Origin: Draconibacterium orientale
Lineage (GTDB): Bacteria > Bacteroidota > Bacteroidia > Bacteroidales > FEN-979
Assembly: GCA_020718225.1 (NCBI GenBank)
Contig: DYSO01000005.1
Span: 1 to 54,102 of the forward strand
Length of the DNA: 54,102 nucleotides
Direction: 5' to 3'
Shown here piece by piece: positions 39,588-49,593 of this stretch (position 1 is the first letter of the stretch; every line of letters starts with the position of its first letter). Both the position numbers and the translations under genes were made by a program. A model generated the notes under the pieces. That model saw nothing but the letters and a program-made list of their open reading frames with translations. It did no database searches and was not told the DNA's origin.

Positions 39588-41909
39588 ATGACAAAGAACT
39601 TAGTAATTGTTGAGTCTCCGGCCAAGGCTAAGACCATCGGAGGATTTTTAGGGAAGGATTTTACGGTTAAGTCATGCATGGGACATGTAGCAGACTTGTC
39701 GAAAAAGGGTCTCGGTGTGGATATTGAAAACGGTTTCATCCCCCGGTACATCGTTTCGCCGGAAAAGAAAAAAATCGTTTCAGAGTTGAAGAAACTTGCC
39801 CTGGATTCGGAATGGGTATGGCTGGCTTCTGACGAGGACCGGGAAGGAGAGGCCATTGCCTGGCACCTGGCAGAGACCTTAGGGCTGGATGAAAAAAAAA
39901 CCAAAAGAATCGCTTTCCATGAAATTACCCGGAGCGCTATTCAGGAAGCCATAGAATCGCCGCGGGGTATAGATAAAAACCTGGTCAATGCCCAACAGGC
40001 ACGGCGGGTACTCGATCGCCTTGTTGGCTTTGAATTATCCCCGCTGTTGTGGAAGAAAATCAAACCATCACTTTCGGCCGGCCGCGTCCAATCGGTTGCC
40101 GTACGTCTGATTGTGGAGCGCGAAGAGGAGATTAAAAATTTTCAAAGCGCCTCAGCTTTCCGCATTACCGCGGAGTTTCAGGTGAAAAATGGAGAAAAAA
40201 CCGCGGGGTTCAAAGCCGAGCTCAATAAACGCTTTTCAACAAAAGAACAAGCTGTTGATTTTCTTGAGAAATGCAGGCTGACAGCGTACGTCATTGAAGA
40301 TATCGATACCCGTCCTGCAAAAAAAACCCCTGCTCCGCCATTCACAACTTCCACCCTTCAACAGGAAGCCTCGCGCAAACTTGGTTTCTCTGTATCAAAC
40401 ACCATGCGCATTGCCCAGGCGCTTTATGAATCGGGAAAAATTACCTACATGCGTACCGATTCGGTCAACCTGTCGGATCTTGCATTGTCCATGTCGCACC
40501 GGGAGATTGCGGAAAGCTTTGGCGAACCTTACGTAAAAATACGGAAGTTCTCTACAAAAACCAAAGGGGCGCAGGAGGCGCATGAAGCCATTCGCCCGAC
40601 TGCACTTTCCGTTAAAACCATCGAGGGCGATAAATCGCAAAAACGGTTGTATGAACTGATATGGAAACGTACCATTGCTTCCCAGATGGCCGACGCTGAA
40701 TTGGAGAAAACCAATGTGGTGATTGGCATTGACAACAGCACTGAAAAATTCATTGCAAAAGGGGAGGTAATGAAATTTGACGGGTTTCTGAAAGTTTATA
40801 TGGAATCAAAGGATGAAGATGAACAGAATGGGGAAGAAGGAATGCTCCCCCCCATGGTAATCGGCGAAAAACCCACGCTTCTGGAAATGGTCGCCCAGGA
40901 AAAATTTACACAGCAACCATACCGCTATACCGAAGCAACCCTGGTAAAAAAATTAGAAGAATTGGGGATCGGGCGCCCATCGACCTATGCTCCGATCATT
41001 TCGACCATTCAAAAAAGAGAATACGTTATTAAGGAAGACCGGCCCGGCTTTTCAAGGAGTTTTATCCAGATTATCCTGAAAAACAATACCCTGAAAGAAG
41101 AACATAAAACCGAAAACACAGGATTTGAAAAAGCCAAACTTTTTCCAACCGATATTGGTACCCTGGTCAATAGCTTTCTCACCCGGCATTTCGGAAACAT
41201 CCTGGAATATAATTTCACCGCCAATGTCGAAGAGGAGTTCGATGAAATTGCGGAAGGGAAATTGGTCTGGAATGAAATGATCCGGGAGTTTTATCAACCT
41301 TTTCATAAACAAATTGAAAATGCCCTTGAAAATTCAGGGAAAGTAAGCGGCGAAAAATTACTCGGAACAGATCCTCAAACCGGAGTTAATGTTTTTGTAA
41401 AAATCGGACGGTACGGGCCAATGGTACAAATGGGAAATACCGATAGCGAAACCAAACCACGGTTTGCATCCTTGAAAAAAGGACAAAGCCTCGAAACCAT
41501 TTCACTGACTGAAGCGCTGGACCTGTTTAAATTACCACGGGTTGCCGGAGAATATGAATCCTCGGAGGTAGTGATATCCACCGGCCGTTTTGGCCCGTAT
41601 GTTCGTCATCAATCTGCTTTTTATACCCTGCCAAAAGAAGATGATCCCCTTACGGTGACCCTTGAACGGGCAGTTGAAGTCATCGTCAATAAAAGGCAGG
41701 CCGACAGCCAGAAGATACTCCACGAATTTTTGGACGGTAAAGACCTGATCCGTGTCATCAACGGACGCTTCGGGGCTTACATCACATACAATAAAGAAAA
41801 TTATAAAATTCCCCGGGGAAAAGATCCCAAAACGCTTACCCTTGAAGCGTGTAAAACCATCATTGCCAATACAGAACCTTCAAAATCCAAATCGAAAAAG
41901 AAAAAGTAA
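39588..41909 (+). CDS. topA: DNA topoisomerase I
   Basis: LVIVESPAKAKTI, DEDREGE, SAGRVQS, ITYMRTDS, QEAHEAIRP, GIGRPSTY, Topo C-terminal GRYGP/GRFGP repeats. Confidence 0.98.
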   Translation: MTKNLVIVESPAKAKTIGGFLGKDFTVKSCMGHVADLSKKGLGVDIENGFIPRYIVSPEKKKIVSELKKLALDSEWVWLASDEDREGEAIAWHLAETLGLDEKKTKRIAFHEITRSAIQEAIESPRGIDKNLVNAQQARRVLDRLVGFELSPLLWKKIKPSLSAGRVQSVAVRLIVEREEEIKNFQSASAFRITAEFQVKNGEKTAGFKAELNKRFSTKEQAVDFLEKCRLTAYVIEDIDTRPAKKTPAPPFTTSTLQQEASRKLGFSVSNTMRIAQALYESGKITYMRTDSVNLSDLALSMSHREIAESFGEPYVKIRKFSTKTKGAQEAHEAIRPTALSVKTIEGDKSQKRLYELIWKRTIASQMADAELEKTNVVIGIDNSTEKFIAKGEVMKFDGFLKVYMESKDEDEQNGEEGMLPPMVIGEKPTLLEMVAQEKFTQQPYRYTEATLVKKLEELGIGRPSTYAPIISTIQKREYVIKEDRPGFSRSFIQIILKNNTLKEEHKTENTGFEKAKLFPTDIGTLVNSFLTRHFGNILEYNFTANVEEEFDEIAEGKLVWNEMIREFYQPFHKQIENALENSGKVSGEKLLGTDPQTGVNVFVKIGRYGPMVQMGNTDSETKPRFASLKKGQSLETISLTEALDLFKLPRVAGEYESSEVVISTGRFGPYVRHQSAFYTLPKEDDPLTVTLERAVEVIVNKRQADSQKILHEFLDGKDLIRVINGRFGAYITYNKENYKIPRGKDPKTLTLEACKTIIANTEPSKSKSKKKK

Positions 41910-41915
41910 TGTCCC

Positions 41916-43094
41916 ATGGATATTTCTGTTTTTTTTGAACCATTAAACCTGAGCGAATTTTCCTTCACAGAGGGGCTGTCCGCCCAGTCCCGGTTAGGGA
42001 GCATCATTCCTGTTTTTTCAGATGCGAGGGATTTTCCTGACTACACATCCTTCGACATTGCCCTGATCGGGGTGAAAGATGACCGGGGAGCTGTGAATAA
42101 TGACGGGTGCGGCCTTGCACCGGACAGGATCAGAAAATATCTTTATCAACTCAATACCGGCCCATATCCCATCAAAATTGTTGACCTTGGAAATATAAAA
42201 AATGGGTTTTCGGTTTCCGACACCTACTTTGCACTCAGTTCCGCAGTGGCCGAACTGATTACCAACAATGTAGTTCCGGTTATCCTCGGGGGGAGCCAGG
42301 ATATTACCTTTGCCAATTATCAGGCCTACCAGGGACTGGGTCAGATTATCAATATTGTTGCCATTGATCCCATGTTTGACCTGGGGAAATCAGAACAGGA
42401 ACTTACTTCCCAATCCTATTTGAGCAACATTATCCTGCATCAGCCCAACTACCTGTTCAACTATGCAAACATAGGATATCAGACCTATTTTATTGACCAG
42501 GATGCGTTAAAGCTGATGAAAAACCTCTTTTTTGATACCTATCGCCTGGGTATTGTACGCCAGGACCTGGAGGAGGTTGAACCGATTGTGCGCAATGCCG
42601 ACATGCTCAGTTTTGATGTTTCTGCCATACGCAATTCAGATGCCCCCGGCAATGAGAATGCTACCCCCAATGGGTTTTATGGTGAAGAAGCTTGCCAGAT
42701 TGTCCGTTACGCAGGGCTCAGTGATAAACTTACTTCCATCGGCTTTTATGAGGTCAACCCCAAATTAGACCCCGGCGGGCAAACCTCCCATCTGGTGGCC
42801 CAGATGATCTGGTACTTTATTGATGGTTATTATAATCGCGCCCATGATTTTCCCTTTCGCAATGAAGAGGATTATCTCAAATATCATGTGAGCATCAGGG
42901 ACCATAAGGAAGATATCGTTTTTTATAAAAGTAAAAAAACCGATCGCTGGTGGATGGAAATTCCGTTACAGGCTGAACAACGGATCAAGTACCAAAGACA
43001 CTACATGGTACCTTGTTCTTATAAAGATTATCAGATTGCCTGTGAAAACGATATCCCCGACCGTTGGTGGATGGTTTATCAAAAACTGATGTAA
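41916..43094 (+). CDS. Arginase/formimidoylglutamase-fold protein (metal ligands degenerate)
   Basis: IALIGV, PDRIRKYLY, DLGNI, PVILGGSQD, DAPG..PNGF, EVNP. Confidence 0.8.
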   Translation: MDISVFFEPLNLSEFSFTEGLSAQSRLGSIIPVFSDARDFPDYTSFDIALIGVKDDRGAVNNDGCGLAPDRIRKYLYQLNTGPYPIKIVDLGNIKNGFSVSDTYFALSSAVAELITNNVVPVILGGSQDITFANYQAYQGLGQIINIVAIDPMFDLGKSEQELTSQSYLSNIILHQPNYLFNYANIGYQTYFIDQDALKLMKNLFFDTYRLGIVRQDLEEVEPIVRNADMLSFDVSAIRNSDAPGNENATPNGFYGEEACQIVRYAGLSDKLTSIGFYEVNPKLDPGGQTSHLVAQMIWYFIDGYYNRAHDFPFRNEEDYLKYHVSIRDHKEDIVFYKSKKTDRWWMEIPLQAEQRIKYQRHYMVPCSYKDYQIACENDIPDRWWMVYQKLM

Positions 43095-43103
43095 TTTCAA
43101 ACC

Positions 43104-43658
43104 CTACCGGCTTAATCGGTCAGGGTTGGCCGATAAAAAACCTTTCCACCCTGAGAAATTTTTTTGGGTTTGAGGGATCGCTTTTTGAAAAAAGTGACAC
43201 ACCGCCACGGCAAGTGCATCTGTTGCATCCATTGTTTCAGGGGCCTCTTTCATATCCAGAAACCGTTGCAGCATCGCAGCTACCTGTTCTTTTGTTGCAG
43301 CTCCTTTTCCGGTTATGGATTGTTTTATTTTGCGTGGTGTGTATTCAAAAACCGGTATTGACCGCGATAATGCAGCTGCAATCGAAACACCCTGTGCCCT
43401 TCCGAGTTTCAGCATCGATTGGACATTTTTTCCGAAAAAAGGCGCCTCAATAGCCAGTTCGTCGGGGTGATACGCATCAATTAATGCAACCATTCGCTCA
43501 AAAATTATTTTCAGGCGTAAAGGATGATTGTCGGATTTGTTTAATTTTAGCACGCCCAATGTAAGTAAGGCAGGGTGGTTTCCGATTATACGGATAACCC
43601 CGTAACCCATGATGGTTGTTCCCGGGTCAATACCCAAAATTATCCGCTCGCCGGTCAT
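43104..43658 (-). CDS. ruvC: Holliday junction resolvase RuvC
   Basis: [45 protein letters not shown]. Confidence 0.96.
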   Translation of the reverse strand: MTGERIILGIDPGTTIMGYGVIRIIGNHPALLTLGVLKLNKSDNHPLRLKIIFERMVALIDAYHPDELAIEAPFFGKNVQSMLKLGRAQGVSIAAALSRSIPVFEYTPRKIKQSITGKGAATKEQVAAMLQRFLDMKEAPETMDATDALAVAVCHFFQKAIPQTQKNFSGWKGFLSANPDRLSR

Positions 43659-43667
43659 TGCTGTAAC

Positions 43668-44690
43668 ATGAAAAACAGGTCAAAAGTAAGCAAATTAGCC
43701 AATCTCGCCATTCAATTAATCATATTGGTCATTACTTATGGTTTTATTTTCCGGCAGGTATTCCTGAAAAATGATCTTCCGGGAATGTACCAAAACGTCA
43801 GAGGAGAATTCTTCAAACCGCTTTTTATACCAGGATTGGGCCTGGTTGTGCTGCTTATGGTTGTAAATTGGGGAATTGAAAGCTGGAAATGGAGGCTGTT
43901 GATCGGGAAAATTGAAAAAATCGGATTTTTTAAATCATTTCAGGCAGTCCTGACCGGCGTCAGCATTAGTTCATTTACCCCAAACCGGATCGGGGAATTT
44001 TTTGGCAGGGTTTTTATATTACAGAAAGCCAGCCATATAGAAGGTATCCTGGTCACCATCCTGGGAAGCATGAGCCAATTGTTGATTACCATCGTGGGAG
44101 GTTCTGTGGCAATCCTTGTTTTTCTCCCACACTTTTTATCCGGTACCGTCTTCGGCCATGGTTATCTCTATTATACATTTCTGGTAGTGGTTGTATCCCT
44201 CAATCTCCTGCTTTTAGGCCTTTTCTATAACATTTCCTACATAGCCATATGGAAAGAAATTCTTTTTAAAAACAGGTTAAGAAAATTTCGCAAGTTCCTC
44301 AGGGTTTTTGCTTTCTATCATTATAAAGAGATTACCCGCGTAATCTTACTGAGTTTTTTACGGTATGTGGTTTTTTCTTTCCAGTTTTTTCTCCTGCTCC
44401 GTTTATTGGGAGTCGTATTGCCTTTTTTTCATGCCCAGTTGCTGATATCCCTGATATTTTTCATTATGGCCATGGTCCCCACCATAGCCCTTGCCGAACT
44501 GGGGATCCGCGGGTCAGTTTCACTGTACATTTTTGGGCTCTATTTTTCGCAGACCGGTCTGATAAACAATGCCTTTGTCCTGCCGGTTTTTGCATCCGCC
44601 ACACTTTTATGGCTGATTAACCTTGGAATACCTGCCCTGGCCGGTACCTTTTTTCTCTTCCGGTTGCAATTTTTCAGAAACCAGAAATAA
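43668..44690 (+). CDS. Lysylphosphatidylglycerol synthase-like transmembrane (flippase-like) protein
   Basis: [26 protein letters not shown], multiple TM segments; ATG at 43668. Confidence 0.8.
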   Translation: MKNRSKVSKLANLAIQLIILVITYGFIFRQVFLKNDLPGMYQNVRGEFFKPLFIPGLGLVVLLMVVNWGIESWKWRLLIGKIEKIGFFKSFQAVLTGVSISSFTPNRIGEFFGRVFILQKASHIEGILVTILGSMSQLLITIVGGSVAILVFLPHFLSGTVFGHGYLYYTFLVVVVSLNLLLLGLFYNISYIAIWKEILFKNRLRKFRKFLRVFAFYHYKEITRVILLSFLRYVVFSFQFFLLLRLLGVVLPFFHAQLLISLIFFIMAMVPTIALAELGIRGSVSLYIFGLYFSQTGLINNAFVLPVFASATLLWLINLGIPALAGTFFLFRLQFFRNQK

Positions 44691-44696
44691 ACCATC

Positions 44697-45878
44697 ATGG
44701 TTATGCCAGAGATTGTTATAACAGTGATTTTTCTTTTTTTGGCAGGATATGGTTATTTCATCCTGAGTTTTACCCTGGGCCTGTATAAGCTGGATAAACA
44801 GCATAATCAAAACCAAGCCCCCGACGGCGGGTATCTGTTTGAATACAAAACCAAAGTAACAGTCATAATCCCGACACGCAATGAAATCGATAATATCGCA
44901 GGAATCCTGGATGAAATCAGAAACCAGGATTATCCGGGAAATTTACTGGATGTCATTGTGAGCGATGATTTTTCAACGGACCATACCTGTGCTTTTGTAG
45001 AGCAGTTTATTCACAAGTATCCTGATTTTTCGGTTGTTTTGATCGATCCTAAAAGGGAGGACCGGGCCGGAAAAACGGGGAAGAAACGGGCAGTAGAAAG
45101 AGCCATCCGGATTTCACAAGGGGAGTTGATCCTGGGAACCGATGCCGATACCCACCGGAGCTCCCATTGGATTTCGTCCATGGTGTCGGCCTATGAAAGC
45201 AGCCATGCAAAAATGGTTTTGGGAGCCGTGGTATTTCACAATGAAAATAGTTTGTTACAAAAAATTCAATCGGTGGAGTTTATAGGGTTGATGGGGGTGA
45301 CTGCCGGCGCTGCTTCCCTGGGGCATCCCGTGATGTGCAATGGCGCTAATCTGGCTTATACTGCCAAGGCATTTCATGAGGTTGGAGGTTTTCGGGAGAA
45401 CCATCGATTTGCCTCAGGCGACGATCAGTTCCTGATGGCCGGGATTAAAAAAGAATATGGTCGGGGAGCGGTCTTTTTTCATTATAACCGGTTGGCAGTT
45501 GTTCGCACCGAAGCGGAGAAAACTTTCCGCGGATTTATCAATCAACGGTTGCGATGGGTTTCAAAAGGGAGTGGTTATCGCGATCCATATGTAATAACCG
45601 TGGCCATGGTTACCTATCTGGTCCATTTTTTTCTCCTGGCAGGAATGTTGGCCGCTGTTTGGTGGCCGGAACTTTTTTTTATCTCCTTTTTGCTGTGGTT
45701 AATAAAAATTTTATTGGATTATCCGCTGGTGTTTATGATGACACGGTTTTTCGGGAAACAGGATTTGCTTGGCTATTACTTTATATCCCAGGTGTATCAA
45801 CTCGTATATGTTGTTGTTTTGGGCATTACTGGTTTGATAGTCCCCTTTTATTGGAAAGGAAGAAAGGAAGGCCTTTAA
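44697..45878 (+). CDS. Glycosyltransferase family 2, membrane-bound
   Basis: VIIPTRNE, DDFSTD, GKK, TDAD, NGANLAY, SGDD, QRLRW. Confidence 0.9.
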   Translation: MVMPEIVITVIFLFLAGYGYFILSFTLGLYKLDKQHNQNQAPDGGYLFEYKTKVTVIIPTRNEIDNIAGILDEIRNQDYPGNLLDVIVSDDFSTDHTCAFVEQFIHKYPDFSVVLIDPKREDRAGKTGKKRAVERAIRISQGELILGTDADTHRSSHWISSMVSAYESSHAKMVLGAVVFHNENSLLQKIQSVEFIGLMGVTAGAASLGHPVMCNGANLAYTAKAFHEVGGFRENHRFASGDDQFLMAGIKKEYGRGAVFFHYNRLAVVRTEAEKTFRGFINQRLRWVSKGSGYRDPYVITVAMVTYLVHFFLLAGMLAAVWWPELFFISFLLWLIKILLDYPLVFMMTRFFGKQDLLGYYFISQVYQLVYVVVLGITGLIVPFYWKGRKEGL

Positions 45879-46549
45879 ACCACGTTGTCTGTAAAAAGGG
45901 CTTCTGCAAGGATCAGATCCCGGGGATGGGTGATTTTTATATTGTTTTTATCTCCTTCAACCAGGAAAATTTGTTCCCCGGAAGCTTCCACAACAGAAGC
46001 ATCATCGGTAAAATAATCGGAGTAAGGCTGGGTATAGGCGCGTTTAAGTACTTTTGAGTCGAAAACCTGAGGGGTTTGAATAACAACAAAACCGCTCCGG
46101 TCAACCGACCGGTTTGAGCCAGCGAAGATTTGTCGAATCGAATCGTTGACAGGGAGAACCGGTACGCTGTTTCCATTCAGTCGGGCAGTTGCAAAAGTAT
46201 GGCGGATCAGGGTCATGGTGACCATTGGCCTTACTCCGTCATGAATGGCTGTTAATCCATCTTCGGGGATTGTTTCCAAGGCATTTTTTACAGAATGAAA
46301 ACGGGTTGGGCCACCGGCAACAAGGGTGTGAGGAATGGTACATGAAAACTGCCGGCACAATCCTTCCCAGATGGGAAACTGATCCTCCGGCAGTACAACA
46401 AAGATCAATATTTCCGGAAACGTTTGAAAAAAGGCCTGCATGCTGTGCATCAGCATAGGCTTCCCTGCCAGTAAAAGGAATTGTTTGGGAATGTCCCTGT
46501 TCATTCGTGAACCGATACCTCCGGCAACGATGACAACTGTTTTTTTCAA
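45875..46549 (-). CDS. ispD: 2-C-methyl-D-erythritol 4-phosphate cytidylyltransferase
   Basis: VAGGIGSRM..DIPKQF, GGPTRFHSV, IHDGVRP, IQTPQ, TDDASV, NIKIT. Confidence 0.9.
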   Translation of the reverse strand: MKKTVVIVAGGIGSRMNRDIPKQFLLLAGKPMLMHSMQAFFQTFPEILIFVVLPEDQFPIWEGLCRQFSCTIPHTLVAGGPTRFHSVKNALETIPEDGLTAIHDGVRPMVTMTLIRHTFATARLNGNSVPVLPVNDSIRQIFAGSNRSVDRSGFVVIQTPQVFDSKVLKRAYTQPYSDYFTDDASVVEASGEQIFLVEGDKNNIKITHPRDLILAEALFTDNVV

Positions 46550-46566
46550 TAAGGGTCGATTGGATG

Positions 46567-47616
46567 TTAAAGGATCAGCATCGGGTTGCCATATGTAAAA
46601 AACTTGTAGTTCTTGTCCACGGCAACTTCATATGCTTTCATCAGTAAATCATAACCGGCAAAGGCTGAAACCATCATCATCATAGGCGACTGGGGAAGGT
46701 GAAAGTTTGTGATCATGGCATTCGCGATGCTGAATTCGTAAGGGGGAAAAATGAATTTATTGGTCCATCCCCGGTATGGTTTGAGGTTTCCGGCAATGGT
46801 CACCGATGATTCTATGGCTTTCATAGAGGTGGTGCCCACGGCAACAACACGGCCTTTAGCGGCCATGGAGCGGTTGACGATTTCGGCTGTTTCAGGCTCA
46901 ATGATCACCTCTTCCGAATCCATTTTATGTTTGGTCAGATCTTCTACATCGATGGTGCGAAAATTTCCCAACCCTACATGTAGGGTCACTTCTGCAAAAG
47001 AAACTCCTTGTAATTCAAGTCGTTTCATTATTTCGCGACTAAAATGCAGACCGGCGCTCGGGGCGGCAACGGCTCCCTCGTGTTTTGCAAAAATGGTTTG
47101 ATAACGCTCTTCGTCCTCCTGGGTTGCCTGACGGTTCAGGATTTTGGGAAGCGGTGTTTGCCCCAGGTGCTGAATGGTTTTTTTAAAGTCTTCGTATGGC
47201 CCGTCGAATAAAAACCGGATGGTCCGTCCCCGGGAAGTAGTATTGTCGATCACTTCTGCCACAAGGGAATCGTCGTCGCCAAAATAAAGTTTATTGCCAA
47301 TCCGGATTTTACGGGCCGGATCAACCAGAACGTCCCAAAGACGGGATTCCCGGTTAAGCTCACGAAGGAGAAAAACTTCAATTTTGGCCCCTGTCTTTTC
47401 TTTTTCACCATATAACCGGGCAGGAAAGACTTTGGTATTATTGATAATAAAAACATCTTTCTCGCCGAAATAGTTAAGGATGTCTTTAAAATGGGCGTGT
47501 TCAATGGTCTGTGATTTACGGTCCAGTACCATCATGAGCACTTCATCGCGGAGTTTGGATGGATGATTTGCGATCAGTTCGGGGGGCAAGTGGAATCGAA
47601 ATTGGGATAATTTCAT
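46567..47616 (-). CDS. queA: S-adenosylmethionine:tRNA ribosyltransferase-isomerase
   Basis: [47 protein letters not shown]. Confidence 0.96.
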   Translation of the reverse strand: MKLSQFRFHLPPELIANHPSKLRDEVLMMVLDRKSQTIEHAHFKDILNYFGEKDVFIINNTKVFPARLYGEKEKTGAKIEVFLLRELNRESRLWDVLVDPARKIRIGNKLYFGDDDSLVAEVIDNTTSRGRTIRFLFDGPYEDFKKTIQHLGQTPLPKILNRQATQEDEERYQTIFAKHEGAVAAPSAGLHFSREIMKRLELQGVSFAEVTLHVGLGNFRTIDVEDLTKHKMDSEEVIIEPETAEIVNRSMAAKGRVVAVGTTSMKAIESSVTIAGNLKPYRGWTNKFIFPPYEFSIANAMITNFHLPQSPMMMMVSAFAGYDLLMKAYEVAVDKNYKFFTYGNPMLIL

Positions 47617-47642
47617 GATCTTCGGCCGGTTAAAAAGGGCGG

Positions 47643-47650
47643 CAAAGGTA
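47643..47650 (-). promoter_or_regulatory. Putative -7 promoter element for queA
   Basis: Reverse complement TACCTTTG. Confidence 0.5.
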
Positions 47651-47680
47651 ATACTTTTTTAAACCAAAGTCAAATGGTTT

Positions 47681-48343
47681 TTATTCTTTAAACAGGTCGG
47701 CGATATCCTCCCCCTGATCTGTTTTTAAATGACAGGCTACAATACCCAATGCTTGTGCGGCTTTTACATGTTGCAACGAATCATCAATGAACAATGTTTC
47801 GCCGGGGATAAGGGCTCCTTCGGCTAACACAAATTCAAAAATTTCTTTTTCAGGTTTTTGCAAATGAATTTGGAAAGAAAACCAGGCTTTTTCAAAAAGA
47901 TGGTCAAAGCTGAGATACCCAAAACGTTGCCTGAAATCTTTCAAAAACTGATTGTAATGAATTTCATTTGAATTGCTAAGGATGAATATCCGGTAATGTT
48001 CCCTCAGTTTTTCAATCCGTCTTATCCGGGATTCCGGTATGTCAAGAAGCATGGCATTCCAGGCCTCATCAATCTGGGCATCTGTGACAGGCATCGAAAA
48101 TTCCGGCTTTAAGAAATCCCTGAATTGCTGAGGAGTCAAGGAACCCCGTTCAAACTTTCTGAACAGGTCTTCCTTTTCAGAAACCGAATAAGAACCATTA
48201 AAGCTTATTAAACCAAGTTCTTTGAACCTGGCTTTGGTAAGTCCGATATCGATATTGCAGATCACGCCCCCAAAGTCGAAAATAATATTTTTGATTTTTG
48301 TTAAGGGCGAGCTGCTGCTAATTTTTGATACGTTACACTGCAT
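47681..48343 (-). CDS. HAD family phosphatase
   Basis: IFDFGGV, LSNSN, KPE, FIDD; start uncertain (48343 chosen). Confidence 0.88.
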   Translation of the reverse strand: MQCNVSKISSSSPLTKIKNIIFDFGGVICNIDIGLTKARFKELGLISFNGSYSVSEKEDLFRKFERGSLTPQQFRDFLKPEFSMPVTDAQIDEAWNAMLLDIPESRIRRIEKLREHYRIFILSNSNEIHYNQFLKDFRQRFGYLSFDHLFEKAWFSFQIHLQKPEKEIFEFVLAEGALIPGETLFIDDSLQHVKAAQALGIVACHLKTDQGEDIADLFKE

Positions 48344-48395
48344 TGCCGAAAGAGTTACTCCTTTGATAGATATTGCAAACATCGGAAAAAAATTC

Positions 48396-48403
48396 TACTT
48401 TTG
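48396..48403 (+). promoter_or_regulatory. Putative -7 promoter element for the tRNA
   Basis: TACTTTTG 50 bp upstream of the tRNA. Confidence 0.5.
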
Positions 48404-48453
48404 CAGTCCTCATTTCGTTAATCGAATGAATAAATCGTATTTCGAAATTGAGA

Positions 48454-48530
48454 GGGCCCATAGCTCAGACGGTTAGAGCAGCTGACTCATAATCAGCTGG
48501 CCACAGGTTCAAGTCCTGTTGGGCCCACCA
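48454..48530 (+). tRNA. tRNA with CAT anticodon, most likely tRNA-Ile2 (lysidine); tRNA-Met not excluded
   Basis: Acceptor GGGCCCA/TGGGCCC, D arm GCTC/GAGC, anticodon arm GCTGA-CTCATAA-TCAGC, T loop TTCAAGT, discriminator A and encoded CCA. Confidence 0.95.
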
Positions 48531-48558
48531 TTTTTACTTCAATCAATAATCCATCTTT

Positions 48559-49524
48559 ATGGCTGAAATAATACCGGAACCCATTGAAAAATACGGGTTA
48601 AGTCAACATGCCCGGCCAAAAGTCCTTTTCTCCAGGATCGGGATCGTAGGATGCGGTTCAGTCGGTCAGGAACTCGCTATAACAATATCGAAACAAGGTA
48701 TTGATGTTACGTTTTTAGAACTTAATGATCATTTGATACAACATTCCCTGGATGAGATCAGAAAACAACTGGACCATGAAATTAACCACTGGGGTCTTAC
48801 ACCCGGAGAAAGGAACGCCATCATGTCCAGGATCCGGGGCACCCTCAGTTACTCCGATTTCACCCATTGTGAACTCGTTATTGAGGCCATAAAGTCAAAA
48901 CAGGGTGAATCCAGTTTTTCGATGCGAAAAGATGTCTTCAGAAGCATCGAAAAACATGTGGACAAGCGCTGTATCATCGCAACCAACTCATCAACAATCA
49001 CGGTAACAGAACTCTCTTCGGAACTGGAAAACAACGACCGGTGTATCAGTTTTCACATTTCGACCACAGCTCCCGGGGCAAGTGTGGTGGAGTTGGCAAA
49101 AAGCCTTCACACCTCCGATGAAGTTTATTCGAAGGTAGCCCAGTTTGTAAAACTTCTGGATAAAATCCCGATTGAAGTTACCGAATCCCCCGGACTGGTT
49201 AGTGTACGGCTTTTTGTAGTGTTGTTGAACGAAGCTTGTGAAGCCCTGATGGAGGGGGTAAGTTCCATGGAAAATATCGACCTTACCATGCGTTCAAGTT
49301 TTAATATGCCCCTGGGCCCGTTCGAATTTGCCGACAAGGTTGGTCTCGATAAAATTATCCGGTGGATGGAAAATCTTTACACAGAATTCGGATCGACCCG
49401 CTATATTCCCAACCCGATTATCAAGAAACTTTACAGGGCAAACCGGCTCGGCCGTGTCAGCGGCATCGGTTTTTATAGATACAATCCGGAAGGAAATAAA
49501 ATAACAGATGAAATCTGCTGTTAA
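48559..49524 (+). CDS. 3-hydroxyacyl-CoA dehydrogenase family protein (3-hydroxybutyryl-CoA DH-like, divergent)
   Basis: IGIVGCGSVG, LVIEA, ATNSST, MPLGPFEFADKVGLD, LGR.SG.GFY. Confidence 0.85.
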   Translation: MAEIIPEPIEKYGLSQHARPKVLFSRIGIVGCGSVGQELAITISKQGIDVTFLELNDHLIQHSLDEIRKQLDHEINHWGLTPGERNAIMSRIRGTLSYSDFTHCELVIEAIKSKQGESSFSMRKDVFRSIEKHVDKRCIIATNSSTITVTELSSELENNDRCISFHISTTAPGASVVELAKSLHTSDEVYSKVAQFVKLLDKIPIEVTESPGLVSVRLFVVLLNEACEALMEGVSSMENIDLTMRSSFNMPLGPFEFADKVGLDKIIRWMENLYTEFGSTRYIPNPIIKKLYRANRLGRVSGIGFYRYNPEGNKITDEICC

Positions 49525-49593
49525 TATCCGCTCCCTTGTTGGTTCCTCCGGATGACAGCATCGGTAGCAGAAAAGAAGTTAAAAATAAACCCA

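Noticed and set aside
27841-48530. lysS, miaB, queA and tRNA(CAT) as a tRNA-modification cluster
   Set aside because: They are spread over 20 kb in separate transcription units, tilS is absent, and this is ordinary core-genome scatter
48500-48560. tRNA as an integration site for an island
   Set aside because: No integrase, no duplicated tRNA 3' end, and both flanks are housekeeping genes with host-like composition
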